Below, in pieces: positions 25,351 to 39,100 of a DNA stretch of 64,000 nt; the stretch's first letter is position 1, and each line of letters begins with the position of its first letter. The notes beneath the pieces are model-generated. The model searched no databases. It was given only the letters and a program-made list of their open reading frames with translations, and had not been told where the DNA came from. Location: contig NIVC01000558.1 in the NCBI GenBank assembly GCA_002269645.1, positions 434,001 through 498,000 of the forward strand. The letters run 5' to 3'. Both the position numbers and the translations under genes were made by a program. This DNA is from Macrostomum lignano. Lineage: Eukaryota.

Positions 25351-26610
25351 GGGGGTGGCGGGGGGGGGGGGTGGGTGCTATCTTAAACTTGCTGGCCCCT
25401 CTGCCTTAACAAATCTCTGGCGTCCTTTTATGAAGTAAGTGTTATCGACAGTCTGTCCTGAATTTTCTTCTTGAATCTAACTTTTGCACTTAAGTTAAAG
25501 AAAAAACCCAGAAGTAAGCCATCAAATAAATTTTGTGCATTCACGCATTTATTATTCATATATGTCAGTGGCAAAGTTAATTATAGTAGTATATATTATA
25601 GATGTTAATCGCAGCACACTGAATCGTTGCGCTCGCTCCCGCTGTTCATGCGATAAAGCATGATCGCAAAAGTTAGCGGACACATTTTAAACAATATAAG
25701 GATAGATATAAGAGACACAGAGTCAGTTAGGCATACCATAGGAAAGAAACAAACAAAAAAACGACACAAGAATGATAAAAGACAGAAGAGTCAAAGCGCA
25801 TATAAATGTAAACACGTGCAACATACCACTCTGCTACTACTTAGAATATTAGTCAGCAAAGTAGTGCACAAAGAACAACACGCCTTCGCTTTTCATGCAT
25901 TGTTTTAAAAAGCTTTTTTCAAGTTTTGTACAACATTTTTTTATTTATTCAGAAAAAAACTGATTACCATCGGCAATAATTGTAGAAGCTGACACTGATA
26001 ATTAAGTCGGTGCCAAAAAAGCAGACATTATTTGATTTATTAATAATACAAGTGGAATCGGGAATCAAAAGTATAATATATAGCACATTCATTAGTAATC
26101 AACAAGCAATTCACAAAGACTTTTTTAAAAAGGGAGAAAAGGTTACATTGGCAATAAAAATATTATGTTCCACAGACAGACAAGCGTAGGGATTAACTAT
26201 CGAATAACTCACTGGGATAGCGGTTACGGGGGGGGGGGGTCAGACTCTTGCTCAAATGTATCTCGCATTACACATTAAATTATTAGAACTGAAGGAAATG
26301 AGACAAATGTTTGTCCAGTTTCACATCACTAACAGATCAATAATAGGAAGATGCTCAATATATAATCATTAAGTTTTAATTGAAAGGCATAGAATATAGA
26401 CACGGTGAAAATAATTAAAATTATTAAATTTGCATAGAAAGGAAAACTGAGTCAAAACTAAAAACTACAAAACACGATTAGCAGTGTAATAACAACAAAA
26501 CAAAGGAAAACAGTCTTAAAATATACACTAAAACAAAAAATCTAAAAAATCCGAGGGATGTTGCAAAAGCTTTCCGGACTGTGTTTCTTTCGCTGTGTAA
26601 AACAATTTGA

Positions 26611-26853
26611 CATCCTGGGTCGGGGGTTCGATTCTTGACCCACTCGGAACAATTAAATATTTGTGTCCTTGAGCAAGACACTTATCTCTGCATTGCTTCA
26701 GTTCACACAGCTGTAAATTGGGTGCCAGCATTAGCTGGGGTAATTGAGGGTGTGTGTGGCGACCCCCCAGTCCTTGGACTGAACAGCCGTACGCAGCCTT
26801 CAGATGCGCCGCGCAATAGCTGCGGCTGAGCTGTCGGTTGCACATCTGGCCCA
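26611..26853 (+). mobile_element. SINE copy B (5'-truncated)
   Basis: B-box GGTTCGATTC, CORE-like GTCCTTGAGCAAGACACTTATCTCTGC...CAGCTGTAAATTGGG and the shared 3' body. Confidence 0.85.
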
Positions 26854-27497
26854 ACTGTGGCAGGTGTAAACAATTATTAATTATGATAATTCAATCAATC
26901 AGTAAACGTACAATCCACGAAAAATGATGCAGCACCCCTCGTATTAACTAAATATTAAAACATCAACAACAGAATTCAGAATGATTCATAAAGATTTTAT
27001 CTCATTGAAAATCAAACGCACAATTATTTTTTCTCAGAAATGATTTCAAAAACGAATCAAAATTCAATCAAAACAATCTCAAATACGTATACAGCTATTG
27101 AATCATAAAGCATAAAAATTCTAGAATAAAAACTGACAAAAAGCGGCTATCAACCTAAAAAGCAAGCAAGCGAATAAGCGAATACCATAGAAGACGCGGA
27201 GTTGATAAGCATTCAATTTTAATTATATAAAAACAAATGATTATATTGAAATAGTAGACTAATAAAAATCGCTTACAGAGGTACACACTGATTAAACTTT
27301 CTTCTTTTCTGCAACCAACACAAAATCAATTGTTGCTACAAAGTTTTTGATTTATAACACCGTGAAGTCACTTTTTTTAATAACTCGTAACTCTGCATTT
27401 ACCATTTCTTTTTCATTGCAATTATCAGACAGAATCAGACTGTGCGGCAGCAGAAATCCTTTTCAATGAGCGCAAAGACAAGTCAGGCGAAGTTCAC

Positions 27498-30146
27498 TCA
27501 AGATTCCTCATCCTCTTCTTCATCCTCTTCTTCATCATCGTCTCCGCCCTGCATCTTGTTGGTGCCCCTGTCGCTATCAGTGTCCTGGAACCGGAACTCT
27601 GGTCCGGCCATGTCGATGGCCCATTGAAATTTCTCACGCTGCGTTTTGTTATAAACTTTCTCAACTGGAACGTTGAACCGGCGGCACCAGGCCACCGTGA
27701 TGCGCGGGTCCAGGTAGTTCAGCTTGGACGTGCCCAGTGCAATCTCTTTGTTCTCGTCTTTGTCCGTCTTTTGCACTTTTAGCTTGAGCAGCTGATCTTC
27801 TAGGCGACGTAGGGCGGCCTTCTTCTTTTCGTAGGCCTGGTGAATATTCGATAAGGTTGGCATTTTGTCTTAATAGTCTAATTAGCCTTCAAGCTTTTAA
27901 ATTAGGATAAAAATAGTCGGAGATAACACCTAAACTGGGGTCATGACCTCGGAGATAACACCTAAACTGGGGTCATGACCTCGGAGATAACACCTAAACT
28001 GGGGTCATGACCTCGGAGATAACACCTAAACTGGGGTCATGATCTCGGAGATAACACCTAAACTGGGGCCATGACCTCGGATATAACACCTAAACTGGGG
28101 CAATGACCTCGGAGATAACTACACTAGGGTCATAAACTCGGATAACTACACTAGGGTCATGACCTCGGGGATACCAAAGTGTCAAAGTGCAAGAGTCCAG
28201 AGACAACTTCCATTTCACACAAAACTCACCTGTTTATTCTTGACGCTCTTCTGCCTCTTAGCAACCACCTTAGCTGCCTTAGCCTCACGTTTAGCTGCCT
28301 TGACCGCTTTCTCTTTCTCTTCCACCTTTTTGTTGAGATTCTCCATTGACTTCTCGAAAGTCTTGGGCACGGCGCGCTGGTGATTGCAGAGTATGGCCAC
28401 CTCGCGATTGGCCCGATTGTAGCTGAGAATCTTGGCGGCAACCGGTTCCTCGGGATTAGTGAGCTTGTCCAGCTGCTCCTCAAGCGTCTTGCTGGCGTTG
28501 TACGTCCTGAACACCTTGGCGGTTAGACCGTCCATGAGCTCTTTGAGATGAGCATTCAATATGCTAGTGTTCAACCGGTCAAACAAGTCGTCGCCCTCCT
28601 TCTTATTCTCCATAAAGAGGCGCAGATTTTTGAAGACCCGCTTCTCAACAGGCACGGCATTGTTGTACCGAATCGAGTCTTTGCCAAGAAAGTCGAATTC
28701 GACAACATAATTGCCCATCTCTGGATGCTGCTTGTGCAGCTTGATGTGCTCGTAGCGCAGCGAGCAGCATCCGACAGTATCCGCTTCATCGTCATCCTTT
28801 TCATTACCAGCACGAAGGGCCAATTTGTCAATAAAGTACAGAGCAACAGCCCTCTGCCTGAGGCGCATCTCTTTGCTCTTGAAATCAGCTCGATACTGCG
28901 ACCGGATCTTATCCACAACTTTGTGCAACTGTCTGGCTGTTTCGTACTTTTTCCAATCTTTTTCGCCTTTCAACCGACTGGCGGCATTCAGCATGACGTA
29001 CTTGAAGTTGCCCTGCACATTCTCTACCCAGCAAGCTAACCAGCTGACCGTGTTATCGTGACGGACCTCCTTCCACTTGCGACCGTCTGGCGGTTTGGGC
29101 ACTTTCGAGTCTTTGCTACAGTTAATAATGACATCCTCCGGACGGACTCGCCTCTTTAGTTTGCCCATTTTCGGATGATTACCCCGACCGCGGAACAGGC
29201 CGGGCGGTTCGATGCGAAAGTTAGCAATCTTCTGCTTGTGCCCATCCAGGGTGCACACTCCGTACTCTTTCATCAGGCGCTCATTCTCCTGTTTGAGTTT
29301 GAGTTTCTCCTCTTTACTGCGATTCTTGCGCTCCTCAGCCTGCTGAGTGAAGTACCGATGCATCTCTTTAAAGTCGCACTTCTTTAGGGACTTGATACGC
29401 TTCTGCTCGTCGTGAGTCATCACCGAGCGCCAGTCCTGGAAGAAATTATTATTGAACACATCCTTGCTAGTGTAGTCATGGTCTAGCATTCTGGCGTAGA
29501 AGCCAGCCACCTCCTCAGCCTCCGGCGACAACTGCATCGGTTCGCCATCGTAGTAGAATTTCACCGATTTGGGCAGCGGCTCGTAAGCGGGCGCGAACAC
29601 CGGACCTTTGTGCTCGAGAAATTTCCACTTGGAACCGTCGCTAGGTTTGGCCTCCTCCCACCAGCGCCAGACTTCCGGCTCGTCTGGCTTGCCTTCCTTC
29701 TTCACGGGCTTTTTGTCCTTATTAACTGTCGGCTTGGACTTCTCTTTAGCCTTGGCAGCGAGGCGCTCCTTTTCTTTCTCCTTCTCACGTCGCTTCTCTT
29801 TCTCCAGTTTCTTTTTCTTCTCTCTCCTAGCCGCAGCCGAGGCTGATGACGAAGACGCTTCAATGCCGTTGGATTCAATCGGCTCCTTTTTGACCTTCTT
29901 GCTAGACGGTTGGTCGCCGTTGGCTTCGGCGGAAGCTTTACCGCCAGACGAGGCGCCAGCAGTAGCGGCAGCGGCTGACGACGACTGCTCCGACGAAGGC
30001 GTCGGCGGCGGAGACGCTTTCCGCTTGGCGACGTTGAACTTCTTAGCTAGAGGCACGTCATCATCACTGCTGCTGGTATTGCCGTTTTTGAAATCGCCGG
30101 AACCGCCCGGCGCCAGCATCGGCTCGCGTTTCACAGCAGCGGACAT
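27498..30146 (-). CDS. TOP1: DNA topoisomerase I (type IB). Exons 30146-28230 and 27836-27498
   Basis: [47 protein letters not shown] and catalytic [11 protein letters not shown]; single phase-0 GT-AG intron. Confidence 0.97.
27915..28170. repeat. 32-bp tandem repeat (GGAGATAACACCTAAACTGGGGTCATGACCTC) filling most of the TOP1 intron
   Basis: About 8 units, degenerating rightwards. Confidence 0.9.
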
Positions 30147-31185
30147 GCTTTTATTTTAATAACTAAAACTGCTGTCTGCTGTGTCCGAATTTGAGATGCT
30201 CGTACTTTTAGACTGGACTAGAAGAGGAGCCTGGATAGATAAGACGCTGTTATGCTAGAGTCTACTCAAATTTAGTTTAGCAACAACAACAACAACAACA
30301 GCGGGATACGGAACAGCAGAAATTGATAACACAAAGTTGAATATGACTAATAATGATAATATCAACTGAGCCTACCTACTTATATAGTAATGACTGGAGT
30401 TAATAACTGCACTAATCGTTAGGCATGTACAACTGTACAATTTCTGTGCCTTGGGGATTGGCCTATTCTATTTCTATACTTTTAAGGTATATAAAAGATA
30501 CAAGATGAAAACAAACAGTTATAATTTGCACCGTCAAAATGACCAAAATTGACCACTTTATTGTAGTTAAATAAAATCATGACCACACAAGGGAGAGAGA
30601 GAATAATCGGGGACGGCAAAAGTTGTTTCTTGGAAAATATATTTTTTGAAGGCTGATTTTACCTTTATCCAATTAAGTCGCAGGGATAAATATTGTATAC
30701 TATAGGAGATTTAACAATCTTTAAATCAAGCAAATCTCTTAATAAACAAATTAATATAAATATACACATATCATAAACATAAACAATCAACACCGACACA
30801 CAAAAAGACAAATTAACATAAATAGGAGACAAAAGGGCAAATGATCGACTATATGTACTGAAGAATCAAGCAATGTTTTATGCTAGACATACTCTACATA
30901 AACTGATCATGAAGTATGTATTACAATCAAGGCAATCATATGTACTCAAATCACTAGCCTAGAGATACTGCGAAGCATACAAGTCATTAGCATTATTATA
31001 TTATTATTGGCACTCAGTAGTATAGGCGTAAAATAACGTGTTACTATACTACTTAAGCTAATGAGTAGTATCCATTTGAAATTAAACAACCACAAAATCG
31101 CGATTGCAGGAACTCATTATAGGCATAGGAAACGTCTCTCTAACTACTACTCAGAATATACTACTGATTAGGAAAAAAAAGTAGT

Positions 31186-34100
31186 TCAAGAATTCACGGA
31201 AGCTGCGGGTTTCGCAGAGCCTCCGCCGCCGCCGGTAGCTCCTCCGGCAGGTTGTTTCTCTTCGATCTGTTTGCCCAGATACTCCCTAGCAACGAATTTA
31301 GTAGTTAAAAATAAACATTATCAATGTGTTCAAAAGACCAAATTCAAAATTCAAATTAAACAAGATATCCAACTTGGGTAAAACTGCTTACCAATTATGA
31401 ACCATAATTTTCTGCACTGCAATGAGAGCATTGTAACGAACATTTGGATCTTCGCTAGACAGCATCTTCATCACCAGCTCTTTGGCGCCGAGCTGCTCAA
31501 TCACTCTGGAATTTGAGTCAATTGTGCATTTTTTAAGTTTATGTTATGTTTTAGACTGATACTGCTGCGAATGAGACCTATAACAATGGTTCACTCATAT
31601 AGGCTCATACTATGACACTCGTATAGGCTCATAATATGACACTCGTATAGCCTCATACTATGACACTCGTATATGCTCATAATATGACACTTATATAGCC
31701 TCATACTATGACACTCGTATAGCCTCATACTATGACACTCGTATATGCTCATAATATGACACTTATATAGCCTCATACTATGACACTCGTATAGCCTCAT
31801 ACTATGACACTCGTATATGCTCATAATATGACACTTATATAGCCTCATACTATGACACTCGTATAGGCTCATAATATGACACTCATAGCCTCATACTATG
31901 ACACTCGTACAGGCTCATACTATGACACTCGTATAGCCTCATACTATGACACTCGTATAGCCTCATACTATGACACTCATACAGCCTCATACGATGACAC
32001 TCATACAGGCTCATACTATGACACTCGTATAGGCTCATACTATGACACTCGTATAGGCTCATACTATGACACTCGTATAGGCTCATACTATGACGCTCAT
32101 ACGGAATCAGACTATGACACTCGTATAGGCTCATACTATGACACTCATACAGCCTCATACTATGACGCTCATACGGAATCAGACTATGACGCTCATAAAG
32201 GCTCATACAATCACATTCGTTAAGGCTTATACTACGACGCTCATATAGGCCCAAACCATGACACTTATACAGGCTTCATATTATGACGCAGATAAACAGG
32301 ATTATATTATATGACGCTCCTTAAGAATGTCATTCTAAATTTATAACTCTTTTATAAGTCGAAAAAACTCACACAATGAAAATGAAAGGATTATACAATA
32401 ACCAGGATAAGAGGGAGGCTCATCTATAATAATAAGCCAGCACTCACGTCTTGCCCCTGGGATAATGCCGGACATACTCGCCAACATCGTGAGCAGCCAC
32501 GCACAGCACTAGCGAATCCTTGCTGCTCTCCAGCAATCGAACAAGAATCTTCAACAGTTCATAGTTGCGCTCATTCAGTCTGATGGCATTCTCGCGCCAG
32601 AACCGCTCAGACTTGTGCACCGGACTCCATTCAAGCCGGCCAGCCTTGAGCTCGCTGGCGTACTCATCGAACGAGCTCAAATCGTGAATAGAATTGCTCA
32701 ACACCTCAACAAGATATTTGAGATCATCTTCGTGCTCAATATCGTCGTACTTCTTCTGGGCTAAGAGTTCAACCTGTTTGAGCACTTTGCAGTGAACCAT
32801 AGCCAGAGCGCTCTCCTGGGTGAGCTGGGAGTCGGCCGGCTTCTCAAGCAGATGACGAAAGAATGCGCACACAATGCGGTTCACCTTCTCCTTCTCGGAT
32901 TCGCACAGGATGTCTGCGCAGATTGGGATCAGGTTGTACCTGCGGAGTGGGGTGAAGTTTAATTGGGATAGTTAGTTATAATCAGCTACTCATTTGTGCA
33001 GCAGTAGTATCATTAGAATATAGTAGGAAAATAGTATTATATAATGGGTGCTGTGTGCACCCTAGCGCACTTAAACCGACATTGTCACACAACCAGCGAG
33101 AGGCATTGCTGTTGCTGCCTATTCCGCAGGTGTACAGCGGCCCTAAATTTATATTATCGTTAGACATGTACACTTCACTGTGCTTTGGGGGTTGGCCCTT
33201 AAGGCCGTTAATTGCACAAGCAGAGCCAAACTGAGATTCCAATTCAGCCCCAAATTAATGCGACTGCACTTGGAATCGAGCCTGGGCCGCTGGCACACCA
33301 GAGCCTGCGCTAGACCGCTGGGCTACCAGCGCCTTAGTAGTATATAGATACTACTTAGTAAGTATTATCGTAGTAGTAGGTTAAATGGCCAGATTTGCAA
33401 CCGACAGCTCAGCCGCAGCTATTTGCGCGGCGCATCTGAAGGCTGCGTACGGCTGTTCAGTCCAAGCACTGGGGGGGGGGGGTCCCCACACACAGCCTCA
33501 ATTACCCCAGCTAATGCTGGCACCCATTTTACAGCTGGGTGAACTGAAGCAATGCAGAGATAAGTGTCTTGCTCAAGGAATGACACAAAGTGTTTCCGAG
33601 TGGGTGTAGAATCGAACCCCCGACCTTTCAGTGGTGAGTCGGACGCTCTAACCACTAGGCTATAACTTCCCTTTACAAGAAGTAGTGGTATTGCTAGTGT
33701 TTTTATCATAGCAGTAGCATGAAGAAGTATTAGACGCACTACTAATAATGAAGAGTAGTATGCCTATCGATTCTTTCAACAATTAAACAATTAAAATAAC
33801 AAGGGTGACTAACTTTTTCATTCTGGCAACAATGTCGGCATCGAAGCTTAAGCACCACAGGCAGAACACCAGCTGGTATTGAATCTGATAGTTCACTTTG
33901 CCGCTGAGCACGTTGGCTAGAGTGCCAATGCCGTCAATATCGCAGAACACCTGCCTGTACTGGCTCACCCGCAGCAGCATTTGAAGGCAGCGAGCAACCG
34001 TCTGTAGGTATTCGTTTGACTGGGGAAGTGGGTAGATTAAATTTGTACTTTTAATATATCGTAATCAAAACATATTGAATATCCACTAATGAGATAGAGC

Positions 34101-35838
34101 AAATTATCTCATAATCCATAATAGAGATGGAAAGTCAGGATAGACAGTGAGATAGATGTAAAATGAGAATAGACAGTGAGATAGATGTATAATGAGAATA
34201 GACAGTGAGATAGATGTATAATGAGGATAGACAGTGAGATAGATGTATAATGAGAATAGACAGTGAGATAGATGTATAATGAGAATAGACAGTGAGATAG
34301 ATGTATAATCAGGATAGACAGTGAGATAAAGATGTATAATGAGGGTAGACAGTGAGATAGATGTAAAATGAGAATAGACAGTGAGATAGATGTAAAATGA
34401 GAATAGACAGTGAGATAGATGTATAATCAGGATAGACAGTGAGATAAAGATGGATAATGAGAATAGACAGTGAGATAAAGATGTATAATGAGGATAGACA
34501 GAGAGATAGAGATGGATAATGAGGATAGACAGTGAGATAGAGATAGATAATGAGAATAGACAATGAGATAAAGATGTATAATGAGAATAGACAGTGAGAT
34601 AGAGATAGATAATGAGAATAGACAGTGAGATAGAGATGGATAAATGAGAATAGACAGAGAGATAGAGATGGATAATGAGAATAGACAGTGAGATAGAGAT
34701 AGATAATGAGAATAGACAGTGAGATAGAGATGGATAATGAGAATAGACAGAGAGATAGAGATGGATAGTGAGAATAGACAGTGAGATAGAGATGGATAAA
34801 TGAGGATAGACAGTGAGATAGAGATGGATAATGAGAATAGACAGTGAGATAGAGATGGATAAATGAGGATAGACAGTGAGATAGAGATGGATAATGAGAA
34901 TAGACAGTGAGTTAGAGATGGATAGTGAGAATAGACAGTGAGTTAGAGATGGATAAATGAGGATAGACAGTGAGATAGAGATGGATAATGAGAATAGACA
35001 GTGAGATAGAGATGGATAATGAGAATAGACAGTGATATAGAGATAGATAAATGAGGATAGACAGTGAGATAAAGATGGATAATGAGAATAGACAGTGAGA
35101 TAGAGATAGGTGATGAGGATACACAAAAGAAAAGCACAGGCATCTCACAGGAATTCTGAGCTGCTCATTCAGCCAGTTAAGATAGTGCACCAAGTCAGTC
35201 TGCTCCATCAGGCGGCTGCCCCAGCAGGCGAACTTGGCCACAATCCTGGACGCCTGGTTAACAATAAAGCCGTCCTGCCGGTGCAGCAGCGAGAAGAACG
35301 GACTCCAGACGTTCTCTTTGCGCTGCTCCATGTAGCGTTTAAACACATCGACGCGAGTTTTCTCTTCTTGAAGCAAATCGTCCAGCAAAGTGAGCACGTA
35401 TTGCACAGTTTGATCCTTTGAGATCTTAGCTAGCATGGAGAAAAATGTGCGAGCGAACTGATCCGAGTTGGCCTCCAGTAGAGCCTTGCGCTGCTCGGGG
35501 ACGGCCGAGAGAGACTCCAGCTTCACCATGAAGTCGTAGTCTTCGGGGTCGATCATCTGGCCTCTGCTCGGGGTCAGGGGGGGGGGGGGTGAGGGGCGCT
35601 GGGCCTGACTTGCGGGACTTGAAATTGGAGGGATTGTCATGTGGGAAAAATAGGTGAGCTGGCATGCTCAGATTGAATTAGACTAAGACAGGCCGATCTA
35701 GACTAGACAGAAAGACGGGCATACAGACAGACAGACACTAAGAGACAGACAGACAGACACTAAGACAGATAGATAAACACTAAGACAGACAGACAGACAG
35801 ACAGACAGACAACAAGATAGACAGACAGCCAGACACTA

Positions 35839-35907
<69 letters not shown>

Positions 35908-35908
35908 C

Positions 35909-35955
<47 letters not shown>

Positions 35956-36184
35956 CTAAGACAGACAGACAGGGGACACATAGACAAGCAGAAAACAGAA
36001 AAATATACAACACCAAACTACAAACCAAGAACACACAAGACAGATTTGAAAACCGAACAATAAGCCAGTGAAAATAAATGGAAGCTGTTAAAAGATCAAC
36101 TCACTGTAGGTAGGACTGCCAGTTAATGCGGGTGTTGCGCACCTCATTGGCCCGGTGTTGTAACTGGTTTGTGGCAGCATACAT
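31186..36184 (-). CDS. ATP6V1H: V-type proton ATPase subunit H. Exons 36184-36105, 35563-35149, 34019-33814, 32939-32448, 31505-31392, 31285-31186
   Basis: [91 protein letters not shown]; all five introns are GT-AG and phase-compatible. Confidence 0.95.
31590..32290. repeat. 24-bp minisatellite (CATACTATGACACTCGTATAGGCT), ATP6V1H intron 4
   Basis: Direct reading; 8-aa ORF periodicity. Confidence 0.9.
33381..33666 (-). mobile_element. SINE copy C (near full length), ATP6V1H intron 3
   Basis: Minus strand: tRNA-like head GCCTAGTGGTTAGAGCGTCCGACTCAC...GGTTCGATTC, then CORE-like and shared 3' body. Confidence 0.85.
34130..35110. repeat. ~29-31-bp minisatellite (GAGAATAGACAGTGAGATAGATGTATAAT and variants), ATP6V1H intron 2
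   Basis: Direct reading; source of spurious Ser/Ile/Leu-rich ORFs. Confidence 0.9.
35715..35975. repeat. (AGAC)n microsatellite, ATP6V1H intron 1
   Basis: Direct reading. Confidence 0.95.
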
Positions 36185-39100
36185 GCCTAAAATTGTCATA
36201 AACCAACAAATGTGTTATTTTAATTGTTTAATTTTTAACAACTTTTAAAATTTAAAAAAAAATTATAATTTTTTAGACTAACCAAATTTTTGACAAAACA
36301 AACATTAACAAAATATTTTAAGATTCTCACAATATTATCGACACTAACAGTATTTGTAATAATTATATTCTTTGTTTTAACATGCTTATTTGCAATTCTC
36401 TTACTAAACAATTTGCCAAGGGCACCAAGGTTTGTTTGGGGCTATAATGGATATAAAAGATATCTAGTTGAAAATGAATTTTATAGCTAACACTTCTTGT
36501 GCACCTTCTGATATTTTGTAGACTGGATAAGAATTTTGATTCAATGATTTATTTGAGCATGCTATTAGTAAGTTCAATTTATATATTAGTAAGTAACAAT
36601 TTAAAAGCCTTTTTAAATTTACTAAAATACAGAATTAGGCCATAATAATAGTTTAAATTTTGTTTATTTACTTCTAAAAGGTACCAACAAACTCAGGTTT
36701 TGGTTGAGTCAAGTACTTTACAAAACTTTAGGGGTTTAAGCTGAGTATTAAAGTTGAGTTTTGTCAAGTAGAGTGAAGTGAAATTGTCAATAAGTATGAT
36801 TGCCATGTAATGTGCATTACATTATGCTAGTATAAGGCATATGATAGATAAACATTAGGCCATTAGTAGCAGAATGTTTTTACTATTAAAGGAAAAATTT
36901 AGTGAGTGGTTTCTCTGGATCCGGGTAAACTTGTCAACTTTTTATACATCAACTATGTTGATGAGTTTACCATGGTTGGCATAGCACATAACTAATGTGC
37001 AGTATAATGAATTGTATAGAAGTAATAAATGCAAACAAAAGGAAAAGCAATAAAGTTTTAACATTTACATGTAGAAAAAGTTTTTTAAGTATTAATTTTT
37101 GGTTGAATTAAATTTATTAAAACTGATTAAAATTAAAATTGATTAAGATTGCCAGGATCCTGCCTTACAGAATTTTGGTCCCTTGACATATAAGATTCTT
37201 GGTTTCATTGTTTTTTTTAATTTTATTGTTTCTCATATTTTATCATATTGTATATGGCAGACTACTGGATGCTACAGTGCACTGCTGTCTCTTATCTAGT
37301 CAATCCAGCAAAAAGACATTCTAGCGATAGACAATCTGCAGATATGGCGACAGTAGGCAGGCATTGTTACAAATTGTCACAATTGACAATTGTCATGTCC
37401 TGTGCCTAAAAATTAGCATTACAATGACATTGCTCTGCTCATATACATGCCCAAACCTGTCCAAACCAGATAGATGAAATGGCTGCCAGCCAAGGTAAGT
37501 CACGAAATGAAAAATGCAAAAAACAACTAAAAAAGTAACAAAACTAGACAAAACTAAGTCACACTGGACAAGTAAAATTTTGAGGTTGGGTATGTATGTC
37601 TATTCATTGGCCAGACTCTGGAGGGTTATATGTATGCCAAAAAATTCTGGCGTACAAATGACACCTTTAAAAGTTGGCATACAAATTCATCCAATTTTTT
37701 GCATACAAATTTTGGTAAAGAATTGATGCTATGCATGAAAATTTTAATGTAATTGTAAATTAATGCTTTACAATAAAATAAAGGAAATTTGTATAGTGTA
37801 TATACAGCCAGTAATTTACTTTTTGCTTCTGTAAATTTAACATAATTAAAAATTAGTAAAAGTTATTGATAAAAATCTAGATTTTGCATTATTATTTTTA
37901 TAAGTATAATTTAAGTTTGTTTAAAAACAAAAATATTTGTAATATTTTTAAAAAGATTTTTTGTACAAAAGCTTTGCTGAGAAAACTCAACTTATGAAAA
38001 CCAAATGACCTTTTTAGGACAAATTTTTAGTATACATTTTAAGTATTTTTTTGTTTTTAATGTACATTGACATATATTTAGCCAAGATAGGATTCTTGTT
38101 CTGTGTATACTATTACACAATCCAAACCTTGGCTCATTGGTTTCATCATATATGTGCAACCTTGGGAATCACTCAGTTGTTTCTATTGGCAACATATACA
38201 TATAAGTTGCTATTGGCTAAGAGCAATCATGTGATTATTATTCTGTCCAATAGCGACTGTGTTGCTAATGTGTTGCTAATAGAAATAGCTAGATGAATCC
38301 CTAGGTTGTACCCAAGCATACATGCGCAACAGTCGGCCAAGTCAGCCGATCTGGCCAACCAATTTGGCAGCCAACCAAGGAAGTTGCAAAAATGCCCACC
38401 CAAAAAACACCCAAGTAGTAGTACTAAGTAGCTGATGAGGCATTTTGGCTTAATAAGACAGTCATAGTTACCCCTGCCGTTTACCTAAAGTTGCCTTAAT
38501 TTTGCTTTAGGGTTTTTTATATGAAAGTCACATTTTTAGCCAAAAACTACTTCGAATTTTTGTTAAAACTAAGTTGCACGGCCAACTGAATTTTGGAGGT
38601 TGCACATGTATGTACATAAGCATGGGTTTTATGAATCTATTATTATATCTATGCATTTAGACTGCCACTGCACATATTGTATTATACTAAGGAATTTATC
38701 ATTTGACAAATTAACCATGAATGGCTAGGCCAGTTAACAAAAAAAGTTAATGAGTTTACCAGAACCCATTTTATAGAGGCATTAAATAAGATAAAAATGT
38801 ATAATTAAAAAATATATAATTAGTTTGTTTATAAGTGTATATATACACACATATATATGCTACATCTTTAGTTTAGTTTTAATAGAAGCTTATAGTGTAA
38901 AAATTAAAATTATTAAAAGGTTTATTTATTATTGCAACAGCAAAAAGGTCCTTTATTGTTACAACTGCAATTAGTATTATCAGAGTATATTTACTAGTAT
39001 CAATATACATTGGTTCAAAACATTCTGGCATGCACTTAGCATGATCTAGACTATAGACTTTGGATCATCTAGAACTAATAGGTGCCTTATATATCCAAAA

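Noticed and set aside
29175-30159. Antisense ORFs over TOP1, the 687-aa gene, the GPCR and pPolB
   Set aside because: Shadow ORFs from GC-rich codon usage of the real genes
26528-33739. Similar ORFs 26528..26854 (-), 33385..33609 (+), 33419..33739 (-) and 62286..62546 (+)
   Set aside because: They are translations of the SINE body, not a protein family
1010-35987. Many long ORFs with periodic translations (e.g. 2288..2836, 3483..3920, 7747..8603, 10203..10971, 15313..15993, 16551..17766, 21634..22343, 24304..25095, 31591..32254, 34104..35126, 35760..36034)
   Set aside because: They lie entirely within minisatellites and are open in several frames or strands because the unit lacks stops; they are not genes
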